Assembly (NCBI GenBank): GCA_052327205.1
Contig: CM126218.1
Location: 54,126,001-54,190,000 of the forward strand
DNA from: Somniosus microcephalus
Lineage: Eukaryota
Direction: 5' to 3'
Length of the DNA stretch: 64,000 nt
Shown: piece by piece, positions 10,326 to 22,490 of the stretch
Layout of the letters: each line of letters opens with the position of its first letter
Position numbering within the stretch: position 1 is the stretch's first letter
Position numbers and translations under genes: made by a program
Notes under the pieces: generated by a model
Seen by the model: only the letters and a program-made list of their open reading frames with translations
Database searches by the model: none
Told to the model about the DNA's origin: nothing

Positions 10326-13196
10326 TAAAAAGAGAGTCAGTGACTTGTGTTGAAATGATTAAAACTGGGTATCCTAGGAATTGCCAAAATGTAGCATCCC
10401 AGTTATTTATTGATTTTGTTTCTTCGCCTCCTAGTAGAATGAGGCAGTTCACCACTCATCGTTTATAATAAATTAATAATGTAATGGTACTATTGTGTGA
10501 CTGTGATGGAGATGCTTTGCCTGAGTCACTAAATGCTATTGTTGTAACACTAGAGCTGTCCAAATTACAGTCATCAATTTTAACAGAACCGCAAAAACTG
10601 AAATCTTTGTTACACTTTATGTAAGTCCGTAACATGGAGATTTGATTCAGTTTTATACCATGTACTCTTAACTGCACAAAGATTAATGTGAGACTCTGGG
10701 ACGCTGTAGCGTATTTGGATTTAAATAGCTAGCATTTGGATCAATTTTTTGAACATGTATGTAAGTATCTGTTGGTAGGCTGGAAGAAAAGAGTCAGCAG
10801 ATCTGCACATTCACCTTGAATTGCTTTTTTTATAAGTTGAAACATGTTAATGCAGCATCTGTAAGATAGTACATTAAACTGGTTTGGTCCTGGGAGAAAT
10901 TTTGGAAGCATGGGCAATGATGCACTCATGCTCCATTAAGATGACTAGTAGAGCGAGCTAAATTAATTATGAATGCCTTATGTATATGCAGCCAATATTA
11001 ATATGGCACTTCTGTATTGGATATTTTCCATCCCATTTGATAAAGCCATGCAATACTTGTTTATAACTGAATCTTTTTTCCAATTAACCTGAACAAAATG
11101 GAGTGTTTTGCATATATACTGTAGATATTAAAGTAAACCTGTCCTGTGTACAATGCTATATAATAGCAATGTGAATACTGTAAATGATGTATGCAAAATA
11201 TAGCGGTGTGTGGAAGTTAAGTCAGTTCTGTAGGTTTCAGTTTGGTGTAAATTCACAATAATGGGAGCAAAGGTTATAGCCCTTTTTTTAAACACTTTAC
11301 AAATTAACCTGTATTGAACATCGGTAAGCCATTGTTTTCTTTCTCTGTTTGAGTCTAACTACAAAGCGTCCGGAAAATTGAGTTCAAACTTGACGGAAGT
11401 GGCATCACATGCCGAAATTTTAACCAAGCCAGTTTGCACATCTTTAATAAAATTCCCCAACAAGAATGCTGATGAGTTTCGACAATTTTGCCAGTTTGCT
11501 TGCGATGCTGCATGGCAGAGAGACTGCTAAAGGAATTCGCTTCTGAGTCTAAGGTACACAGCAAAGGCAGCTGATGCATTGGCTGTCTTTGATGAACTAG
11601 CACACTAACGTTAGTTAGCACTAACAGAAAATATATACTGACTTCAGAACTTCAATCTTTTTTTTTCGCTAGAAACTGCTTCTTAGACCTAAAATTAACG
11701 ATAAAATATCATACAAGGAGGTGAGCATGTGCGAGTGTGTTTAAAATATAGTAGAGCTATTCTTTTTCCTAATTGAGTTGTAGCAGTTAGGGATTGAAAT
11801 TTGCCAGGCCAGGAGGAGATAATTCACGTATCATTACATCAGTAACTAATAAAAAAAAAATCCCACTGCTTTGATTGAAATCAGACATTGGTACTTGGGT
11901 AATAGGAAAAAATCGATTCCACTTTCATTAATGATATGCATTTACTTGCACCAAGAGTTGGCCCTGTCTCTCAGTTGGTATATATAGCTCTACTGCCATT
12001 TTTCTATACAGTGAAAAGAACACTAACATTATAGTTACCAACAGTGTATTAGGACCCATCTGTGTCAAGAAAATACATAAGCTTTTTCAAGCTTCAGACA
12101 AATTTGCCCCTTCACTCACCTCCCCCGCAGAAGGAAGTTACTTTTTTTCCTACATGGATGTAGGCAAGTGCTTACTGATATTGCATGCCTCTAGCCATCT
12201 TATTCTTTAATTCTGTCTGTGCCTTTCTGTATATGATTAATAATTGATTTCCAAATTTCGTGCACCATTTGCATCCAGAATGAATCTTCATTAACTGATC
12301 TTAATATTTCACAAAAAACTGTCAGTCATCCTTATTTGTCAAAAACCTGTAAACTTTTTTTTTACTGGCAGTGAGACAGGCAGCCATGGGTTCTCCCCAC
12401 AACTGCCAGTGAGGACATATCTCCTCATGAATGCAATCGGCAATTATGATGCATCTTGTCAGGACCACAGTTTAATTAAAGGACTGTTGTGCCCTTGAGC
12501 GGCATCCATACAAAGAAAGAGGCAGCAGTGAAAAATACTAAATATTGCATTTCAAACTGGTTTTATTAGGGCCGATTAGCACCTCAGATATTGCATCTAA
12601 CAATACTTTCCCTAGCATTTCACTCTATTGTCCATGTATTTTTGTGATTTATTATTTGGCAGTAGCAATAGGTTAGAACTCATCTCTGAGGTCTGCATTC
12701 AAATCCACGCAGGCTGCAAAGGGTTCTTGCAGAAATGAGATTGAGCCACTGCAAAGCAATTCCACTGGGCTTGAGCATGCAGCTTGACACGACCCATAAT
12801 TCAACAGGAATTGGGATTCTCAGCACAGGCAGCAAGAGAGACGGGTGTCTGAAATGGGAAGACCATTAGAGGTGCTGTTCTGAGATAGTGGTCAAGGTAT
12901 ATTATTAAGAGTAGAGGGAGCTTTACTCTGCATCCAGAATTTGCAGCAAATTAAGCAGCACGTAGGAAAACTTTCACAGAGAAGCAAAGCTTCAAGCCCA
13001 CAGTCGCTCTTTACTCAGAGAGGAATTTTCTTTTCTCAAAGATATTGCAGCTAAGGTAAAAAGGAAGGAAACGCCTTCATAGATCCCACTGATCTGTTAC
13101 CGGTACAAGAGAAGGAGCTACTGCTGAGCGAAGGAGAATAAAAAAATATACAGCTTAGATTGAAAGGGAGCTAAGACATTTCTTTAAATTTAGGAC

Positions 13197-13545
13197 CAGC
13201 ACGGTGGCATAGTGGTTAGCACTGTTGCCTCACAGCGCCAGAGACCCGGGTTCGAATCCGGCCTCGGGCGACTGTCTGTGTGGAGTTTGCACATTCTCCC
13301 CGTGTTTGCGTGGGTTTTCTCCGGGTGCTCCGGTTTCCTCCCACAGTCCAAAGATGTGCGGGTTAGGTTGATTGGCTATGATAAATTGACCCTTAGTGTT
13401 AGGGGGATTAAATAGGTGGGGTTACAGGGATAGGGTGGGATATGTGTTGGGGTTACGGGGATCGGGTGGGATATGTGTCGGTGCAGGCTCGATGGGCCGA
13501 AATGGCCTCTATCTGCACTGTGGGGTTTTTGTGTGATTCTGTGTG
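13197..13545 (+). mobile_element. tRNA-derived V-SINE (HE1-like)
   Basis: tRNA head with A/B boxes (tggcatagtgg, ggttcgaatcc), V-domain (gtgtggagtttgcacattctccccgtg...tccggtttcctcccacagtccaaaga) and CR1-like tail (atgggccgaaatggcct). Confidence 0.88.
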
Positions 13546-13719
13546 ATTAGTCAAAATGTAAAGAATCACTACCTACAAAGAATTATAAGAAATTTCATAA
13601 TTAGCGGAAAGATCACATTGCGACAAAACTAAACACTGAGGGAAATGTCAGTGACCAAAAGAAAAGGGATGATTCAAAAAAGGAACCAGATTAAAAAAAA
13701 GTAAGACATAACAACAGCA

Positions 13720-14100
13720 GCAACAACTTGTATTTATATAGCGCCTTTAATGTAGTAAAACATCCCAAGCCGCTTCACAGGAGTATTATAAGACAAAAAA
13801 AATGGACACCGAGCCACATTAGAAGAAATTAGGGCAGGTGACCAAAAGCTTGGCCGAAGTGGTAGGTTTTAAGGAGCACCTTAAAGGAGGAAAGAGAGGT
13901 AGCGAGGCGGAGAGGTTTAGGCAGGGAGTTCCAGAGCTGAGGGCCCAGGCAGCTGAAGGCACGGCCACCGATGGTTGAGCGATTATAATCAGGGATGCTC
14001 AAGCGGCCAGCAGATATCTCTGGGTGGGGGGTGGGATTGTGGGCTGAAGGAGATTACAGAGATAGGGGCGAGGCCATGGAGGGATTTGAAAACAAGGAGA
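13720..14100 (-). mobile_element. L2-type LINE 3' end
   Basis: Tail tttatatagcgcctt...cccaagccgcttcaca and body gggagttccagagc...aaggcacgg; reverse translation includes VFKSLHGLAP. Confidence 0.7.
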
Positions 14101-14919
14101 AAAGATGAAAGAATAGGATACAAAATAGGAAAGAAAAGATGAGAAAGGAGATTCCATAAAAAAGGCAGGAGGAAAACACACCCCGAATTAGAAAATAAAC
14201 TTTGCATGTAATTTTTTTACTTTTAAAAGCTGTCTCATTCTGTGCTGTGTTTCCCATATTTTCGGATTCTCTGAATAATGGAAGCTTTCACAAAAGGTAA
14301 CATTGATTCAAATTGTTCGTGCTGCCAAAGTGATCTATACTTAACATGGTTGCACCCATTTTATGGGCCTAAAACAAGCGCAGCAATAACCACTTTAGGA
14401 GTGTGGAGGCCTGTGCCCAATGTGCACGAGTGTTCAGGCCACTGCTCAATTGGCTGGGGACTCTTTTTTAGCTGGACCGGTGGCCACCTAAAATGAGCGT
14501 AGGCCTTATTTCAATATTGAAATGAGGCTCCTGTGCTCTTTCCAGACCCGGACTCCTAAATTGATTTGCCCTAGTTGGAGTTGCTATATGCCAGCCCCCC
14601 TTTGCCCACCCACCCCCCAACCCACTCACCCTGCCCCCCTCCCCCCCCCAATGCCATGGACTTGCATCTGGGCCTCGGTGAAGGATAAAATTGGTAAGGC
14701 CCCAACAGGTGATGGAGGAAGGGAAGGACAAGTCCCCTCTATGCCACCGTGCCCCAGATTCATCACCAAGGGATTAATCTTGGGGAGCCCACCTCAAGAT
14801 CATTGAATGAATTTTAGCTGTGCGCTGAAGTGAATTCTGTCTTTAAATTCAGAGTTTTATTGACTGCCTGACGAGACAGTCCTCTTTGTGGCTTCTGCAG
14901 CCAACAATAATTTCACCTA

Positions 14920-15152
14920 ATACAAAAGCAAAATACTGCAGATGCTGGAAATCTGTAATAAAAACGGAAAATGCTGGAAATACTCAGCAGGTCAGGCAGC
15001 ATCTGTGGAGAGAGAAAAACAGAGTTAACGTTTCAGGTCAATGACCTTTTCCAATTCTGACGAAAGGTCATCGACCTGAAACATTAACTCTGTTTCTCGC
15101 ACCACGGATGCTGCCTGACCTGCTGAGCATTTCCAGCATTTTCTGTTTTTAT
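14920..15152. mobile_element. Penelope-type fold-back repeat with hammerhead-like core
   Basis: Long imperfect inverted repeat (aaaatgctggaaatactcagcaggtcaggcagcatc...gatgctgcctgacctgctgagcatttccagcatttt) containing CTGACGA-AAGGTCatcGACCT-GAAAC at 15057-15082. Confidence 0.7.
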
Positions 15153-17260
15153 TCTATTAATAATTTCACCTGGTTGTCTGGCTTTCTTTTGCTCACCTCA
15201 GCTAGCCAATAAATCTTACATAGTTGCAATTTATAATACTTGTGTGGCCTCTAAAGTGTGGAATTGTTTTTCATCAGTCCACACTTTAGTCATCACGGGC
15301 CAATCAGTATTGCATTCCCCGTGTAACTGTTACCAGAGCAACAGAACCCCTGTCAATCTCAACAAAAATTAAACTGTCAAAGCCACTTCTACTGCCACAT
15401 TTATCCCAAACAGTGCCAATTGTAATACAACTCTCTCCTCCAAACTTCCCCTCTCAAGGCTGCTGTAGATTTCTCATACATTTTAGTTTGTATGCTGTAT
15501 TAAAATGTACCAAGCTAAACCCTAGATCGGCTGACGATAACCTTTAATTTTTGACGAAGTGCTTCCGATTTCAGGCTGTGCCTCTTCTAATCACGTCTGT
15601 GGTTTTATTTTTGTATCTTCTCACATCCCCGTTTTCACCCTTCTATATCAAGAGCACAAATGAGATGTTACAGAAGAACTGTCTCAGGTGACCTTGTAAT
15701 AAAAACTTTCCACAATCAAAGTTCCTTCAAACAACCACTGCGAAATACATTCCATTGGAACATTATAAATGGAATACACTGAGGATCCATGATTTATGGT
15801 GATTCTATTGATGAGTAAACTGAGCACAGATTACCTTGGCAGTTGCACAAATATATACCGTAGGCCCCCATAACCTTTTCTCTATTTGTAATCTTTTGCC
15901 AAGATTCATAATAATTAGTTTGGTTTGCTGTAAATACATTTTTGTATATAAATGCTCATCATTGTTTTGCAATAAACCCATTACTCTTGCCACTTGTGTA
16001 GTCATTAAACAATTTGCACTATGTCAGTGGAGACTAATTAATTATTACATTAGATGTTCGTCAAATGTTTAGTAATTAGGCAATTGCCAAGTGTTTATTC
16101 ATGTCCTCTTAAAGTAAAAGAGATTTTTATTTATCTTTAATTTTTACTATTTAAGTTGAATCTGATTTGTAATGAGTTAATGAGCAGTTCAATTCGGGTT
16201 CAGTGAGTACTGTGTTTAGATATATTTAACATTCAATTTGAGCTGTCTGTGTCAGTATAAACAAGACCTATGGCATCTTGCCAGGACAGCACATCCTTTG
16301 AATATATTTATACTCAATTTTAAAAGTTTGTACAAGCAGCAAATCTCAATCAACTGCACCATGGCAGGGTTTAAGACGCAGCCTCATTGTTGATGATCAC
16401 AGTTAACAAACACCCCTATTTAAAATTATATTCAACCATTTCAGAAAATACAGCCTTCAGACAATCCCAGAAATGCATTTATACGCTACATTCAAATAAC
16501 TTACACGGCAGTTCTGGTCCTTGCAATTTTTAAAGATATTTGGAAATGTGAAAATGTGCTAATTAGCATTGGCAGTAAATGTTCAGTCAACATAAAGACC
16601 CAGCAATGCAGATTGAAATACCAGTGACCCCACAGGAAGGACAGTGCATCAAGCTGTTCTTAGACCTGCAGAGTATCAATGTGTGAGCATGGCAAAATGC
16701 ATAAAGTACAGACTAATTTGATTAATATGAACAGACTGTTGTTCAAAAAGCCAGCAATATCTTCTAAAGAAATGATTTGTTACAATTAAGTGCATTTTAT
16801 AGATGTCTGATTCTTAAAATCTACCAAGTTTCATTTTTCCAACAATGCGAAGCTACATTTTCCAGGCAAATTTCAAATCCTATTATTAGCTGATCGTTTC
16901 TACACTGCCTTCAAGCTGTAGATTCAAGTATATTTTAGATCTCTAAAGAGTTTATTTATACATTGGTAAACGAATTCTTGGCTTCTACAATCCCACCTCA
17001 TCAAATTGCATGAAGTGGCGAGAGTACTAACACAGCTCACCCAGGCTCAGGTTCCATTATTTCCAGCATTAAACCAATCACATTTGATACTGAGGATCAG
17101 GCCAAAGGGGGGCAGGAGAGAACATTATACAGTATGACTGGAGTAGTGTCACAGCAGAATTTATTTTTTCCTCTCCCCCAACATATTACTTTGCCATGCC
17201 AACCTTGACAAACAGAATTCGTTTTCCTGATTTTTGTATTTCTAAAAAGTCGTAAGTATT

Positions 17261-17283
17261 TTATATATATATATATATATATA
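17261..17283. repeat. (TA)n microsatellite followed by a TG-rich tract
   Basis: tatatatata run seen directly. Confidence 0.9.
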
Positions 17284-19304
17284 TTTTGTGTGTGTATGTG
17301 TATTTGTGTGTTTATATATGCATTTTACACACAGCTGATTGTTATAAAAGGGCAAATAAAATAGATGGCATTTAATATAGAGCATAACTTTGTTTTAAAA
17401 AGCCAATGCTCAATGTTAAACTAATTGACAACGAGAACAAATTAAAATTTTAATATGGCGATGCAGATCCTTTATAGTCATCACATCACTCTGTAGTCAG
17501 TTCCTTGTTTCATCATTTTAGATGTTTCAGTATAAAGATTGATATTGCCATAAAAATAGCACTAACTACATATCAAATACATAGTACAAATACAGAGCAA
17601 AACCAATATTTACTAGCCTTTCCCCCATCCAATCCCATTCAGCACCAGTTAGAGTTACTAACTCTGTCAAATAGCATGGTTGCGCAAAAGCTTGTGCTTT
17701 GACGCTCATATTTGAACTAGTGCTTGGGATGTGACTGCACAGAAAAAAGGTTAGTGCCTGGGTATCTTTCTGAAAGTGTCTGATAAAACAAAAGGTGCAC
17801 CTGAACTTGTGATGAGCTGGGGGGATGAGGATCTGCTTTTCTTTTGTAGCCATTGCTTTGCAAAGTTATTACTACTCATGTTTGAAGAGAATATTTGAAG
17901 GGAAACTCAAGAAAATGAAGGGGAATGAACTCCTCCTCCTTGCACAGTGCCGAGGAAGTGGAGACATGGTTACTAACAACACTGGGGAAGGCCTGTGGTG
18001 CAGATATGGCCTGAAAATAGATGTATGCTGGCTTGTCAATAATTCCATTTTAAGTCTCTGATGAATTGTGTTTTTTTAATGTATATTTTACTCTCAATCT
18101 AAACCTGAAAGAAGGACTTTCTTCAAACCTGTTGAGAATTTAATTCCAAAGTAGTCATATTTCTCTATAACATTGATGTTCATTGATAGAATTAGAAAAT
18201 AGGTATTTTGAAAAACTATTTCCAAGAATGTTATAGATATATAAATAACAAATTCAAGGTTGCGTGTGTGTGTTAGTTTATTAAAAATAATGGCAACTTG
18301 AGAATAAGGACAAATGACTAGCGTGGAGATTGCTGCAAAATGTGGATTATGGTCTAGAACTACAAGCAAACAGTTCAGTTACTCGGAGAATGTTGATTTC
18401 CAGATTTATCCTTTTTTTAGTTCACTTTTCTAACTCGAGCCTGCTAATTGTTATAATGCTGCTGAAACTGTTTTTCATTCTAATTTATTAACAGTCAACA
18501 CCTTCCTTCCCCATTTTTAGTTTTGAAAAGATGTAGAATTCACTGCATTGGTGTTAACAGAAGATCCCCTGACTGTTAAATATTCTTACAGCTACCACAG
18601 GACAGCCGTTCCCAGTTAATGTATTGACTAATAGCCTATTAGGATAATCAGCGATTTAATTGGTTCCTCCTGCATAGACCCCTGCATACAAACTGTCCTC
18701 ATTGAACAGGGTGGAATCCAATTCATGGGTGTATTTATGGAAAGTGTGTTTAAACAATATAGGAAAGGACGGATGCTTCTTTCTCTGAGTAATGATCAAG
18801 ACCTAAAGCTGGTAACCTTGCCAACTGGGATCAAATGCCAGTGCTTAAAATTCATTTGGGCCTTGAATAAGCGCAGCACTTGCCTCAACGAGGAGGCCCA
18901 AGGCCAGCCTGAAATTGGGCCTCAGGCCTCATTTCAATAATTTGGGGGAGTTGTTAATGCTTGTTGGGCCTCCACAGGCAGCCCACCTATCGCTAACAAT
19001 GAATTTCGGGCCGATTGCCTCACTGGTAACGGTTCTCAAGTAACTGCCAGGCCGGGGGGGGAGGGCACGCGGGGGTTAGTTGGGGTGGGGGGGGGCGGTG
19101 GGTTAGGCGGTGGAAACAGCCAACCCCTATCCCACTATCAAAAGTGCCGTTGAGCTGGGAGGAGCTCCTCCTGGCTCCTCATGATTTAAAAAAATATAAT
19201 TCATTTACTTAACTTTTTATTGTTGCCTGGAAAACATTAGGTCCCTTATTAGCATATGCTAGAGGCCTAAAGCCTGTTTTAGGTAGATGCCCATGGCACC
19301 TGAA

Positions 19305-20141
19305 AAATGGCCCAACCAGTGGCAGATGAAATTTAACGCAGAAAAGTGCAAAGTGATTCATTTTGGGAGGAAGAACGAGGAGAGGCAATATAAAGTAAAG
19401 GGTAAAATTCTAAATTGGGTGCATGAACAGAGAGACCTGGGGGTATGTGTGCACAAATCGTTGAAGGTGGCAGGGCAGGTTGAGAAAGCAGTTAAAAAAG
19501 CATACAGGATCCTGGGCTTTATAAATAGAGGCATAGAGTACAAAAGCAAGGAATTAATGATGAACCTTTATAAAACACTGGTTCGGCCTCAACTGGAGTA
19601 TTGTGTCCAAATCTGGGCACCGCACTTTAGGAAGGATGTGAAGGCCTTAGAGAGGGTGTAGAAAAGATTTACAAGAATCCATCCAGGGATGAGGGACTTC
19701 AGTTACGTCGATAGACTGGAGAAGCTGGGGTTGTTCTCCTTAGAGCTAAAAAGGTTGAGAGGAGATTTGATAGAGGTGTTCAAAATCATGCGGGATCTAG
19801 ACACAATAGATAGAGAGAAACTGTTCCCATTGGTGGAAGGGTCGAGAACCAGAGGACATAGATTTAAGGTGATTGGCAAAAGAACCAAAGGCGACATGAG
19901 GAAAAACCTTTTTACAAAGTGAGTGGTTAGGATCTGGAATGCACTGCCTGAAAGGGTGGTGGAGGCAGACTCAATCACGGCTTTCAAAAGGGAATTGAAT
20001 AAATACCTGAAGGAAAAAAATTTGCAGGGCTATGGGGAAAGGGCGGGGGAGTGGGACTAGCTGAAGTGCTCTTGCAGAGAGATGGCATGGACTTGACGGG
20101 CCAAATGGCCTCCTGTGCTCTAACCATTCTATGATTCTATG
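19305..20141 (+). mobile_element. CR1 LINE, 5'-truncated
   Basis: KWPNQWQMKFNAEKCKVIHFG...YKTLVRPQLEYCVQIWAP...LGLFSLELKRLRGDLIEVFKI, ending in an (attctatg)n tail. Confidence 0.93.
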
Positions 20142-20556
20142 ATCCAATTTTGGGTCAGATATTTTTCAGGCGGTCTTGGGGCGTAGCACGTTGGTCCCTG
20201 AAATTGAGCTTCATTACGCCCGTTTTTTGCCCACAAAATGCGTGCAATGAGGACCAATTTCTACCTCCTATGATTTTACAAGAAATAACAGATTTATTTT
20301 AAAATGCACTATGAGCCCTGGCGATGCAGGGGTAAAGATTTGTCTTCACAACTTACGACCTTCAAGAGTGTTGGATTCTGATGAATTTGCCACACATGTT
20401 ATTGATAACAAGACCATTGCCAAAAATATTGATTCATTTCATACCTAAAATACAAAATCTGATATCCATTCCATTAATGTAGCATTTTAGTCATAATACA
20501 TTTTATACTGATCATTGTCATGTTAACCTAAAAACCTTGCTTTCTTATTACCTCAG

Positions 20557-20613
20557 TTAATTGGTGTAGAGATCCCAAAGATTAATTTAAGACAGAGGCA
20601 CCCTAACACGCAG
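20557..20613 (+). CDS. CACNA2D1: alpha2delta-1 alternatively spliced region A (muscle-type) exon: LIGVEIPKINLRQRHPNTQ
   Basis: cctcag|TTA...CAG|gtaatg, 57 nt, phase 0/0; same length as and clearly similar to mammalian PIGVGIPTINLRKRRPNIQ. Confidence 0.9.
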
Positions 20614-22019
20614 GTAATGTAGTTGGAGGTGGCGTTGGCGCTACAAAGCTGCCAGTATTGAAGTTTTGGAAAGAGCTTTGGCAAGATTATATTTAATTGC
20701 CTACCTGTGGGCCTGGCTAACCAAACTATCCTGAAGCATGACTTTCAACTTGCTTAGACGATAACTAATCCACTGCCAAAGGAGCATTGGTGCATGACTA
20801 GTTTAGCGATAACTTTTTGGTGCTCTTGCCTTCCAATGCAGGCTGCTATGTTTGAAAATAATATCAGCTTAACGAGAAATGTAACATTTAGGATTACTGT
20901 GGCTGATATGAAGATCAATGTAGCAAAATGGTTAGTTTTGTATATATTACAGATACTGCATGCAGTCCATGCAATTCTTTGGTGACTAGGGTACACTACG
21001 GTGATGTAACTGTGGATAGTAAGTTTTCTGCTGTAGGCCGTTCCTTCAGAGATTTGACTGGCCAGTCCATCATAACCAATTTTTAGAACAAGAAGTTTTT
21101 AGTCATAAATATAATCACCATATCTCAAGTAGAAGTCAATATGAATGTACCTTCAAATTTAAGCTGTTTTCACTACAGTAGATGTGGATCAAACAGAGTA
21201 CAGTTGTTCAGGGAATTCACAACGCCGACTAATGGAAGTCCCCTTCTAAAAGCCAATACAATTAATCCATTTTAGTTCAGTGTTTGATACACAACTAATG
21301 ATTATATAAATGGGTTTATCACTTGGTGAAGTATATGGCCTTTAGGTTCACATCAGTATTTTTGTACTGAATCTAACTCTTGTTTGGTTAACACTGCAAA
21401 TAAAGTCTTAGTACCCAATAACCGATCACATCTGTTGATTTACAAATGGTAGCTATTCAGGGATGAGAAATTGCTGAAATCCAAAATAATCTAGATTCAG
21501 CTGATTCAGATTTTGTTTTGCAATTGGGTTTTAATTGGTATTTGATATGATAATAGATCTAAATTTGATTCCTGGTAAAACCTTGCTTTTGTGGGAGTCG
21601 CTGGAAATAAACAGACTGCGAGACTTTCATAGCAGCAAAGTAAAACACGTGTTAGCTTTATTAACTCTCCGCATGGACTGAGGGACTCGGCCTCGTCGCA
21701 GGGCTATGACGTCATCAACAATCAAGGACTCTTAAAGGGACCCTGCCCTGATAACCCAACCAAGTTCCGTACATAACGTGGAGCGATAACAACATTGGCT
21801 ATACATAGTGAATTGTGTTACTGTCCCTATGTGGTCTCCGCCACACTTTAATTAAAAAAATCACAGTTGCTTTTAACTTTTATATGGTTATATTCAGTAC
21901 TGAAATAGTTCATCACTGTTTTCAGAGGCTAATAATACTTTAACCCGACACTTAGATTAGAATTTTTCTCCACAAGTAATTGTGAAAGTAGCAAATATAA
22001 GGTGAGCTGTAGAAATATT

Positions 22020-22490
22020 GGCCTGTAATTTGCGGTGGGTAATAACAGCAAATGAACAGCATTTGCCACTATTACCCTTTTGAAACTGACCGCAACTTCA
22101 GGATTTAGCGCATGCGCATCCTAACGCGGTAATCCTTAAGTTGCGGTCAGTCATTCACAGCTCCGACACTGGCTGCGCTGTGGATCCCCACCACACAAAT
22201 AAAAGATTTTTTTTTAAAGTTTGTTCATATTTATTTCAGGTTTATCTTTTCCCCATGTGAGAGCCCCAATCTTTGTTTTGTTCACTGTACAAATAAAAGG
22301 AGCTTCTTCACTTCCTGGTTGTGAGAATTCAATATTGTGATTGGCTGCTCAGACAGCTTGTTGATGTCACAGCAGCTCGCGCGATGGAATTCCCACTAAA
22401 CTGCACTGATCTCAACTGCATGTCAAAAAAGCCAAACTTCTGGCCACAGAGATCATGAGATCTTTGTGGGCAGCTTTCTTCAGGGTCAAT
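22020..22490. mobile_element. Degenerate Harbinger-like MITE related to 38515-39269
   Basis: Starts ttggcctgtaatttgcgg and shares internal motifs (gcgcatgcgc, cttcctggtt, tgattggctg) with the 38.5 kb copy; the right end is not clear. Confidence 0.55.

Noticed and set aside
13197-13270. tRNA-like sequence with A and B boxes
   Set aside because: It is the head of a V-SINE, followed by the V-domain and a LINE-derived tail, not a tRNA gene.
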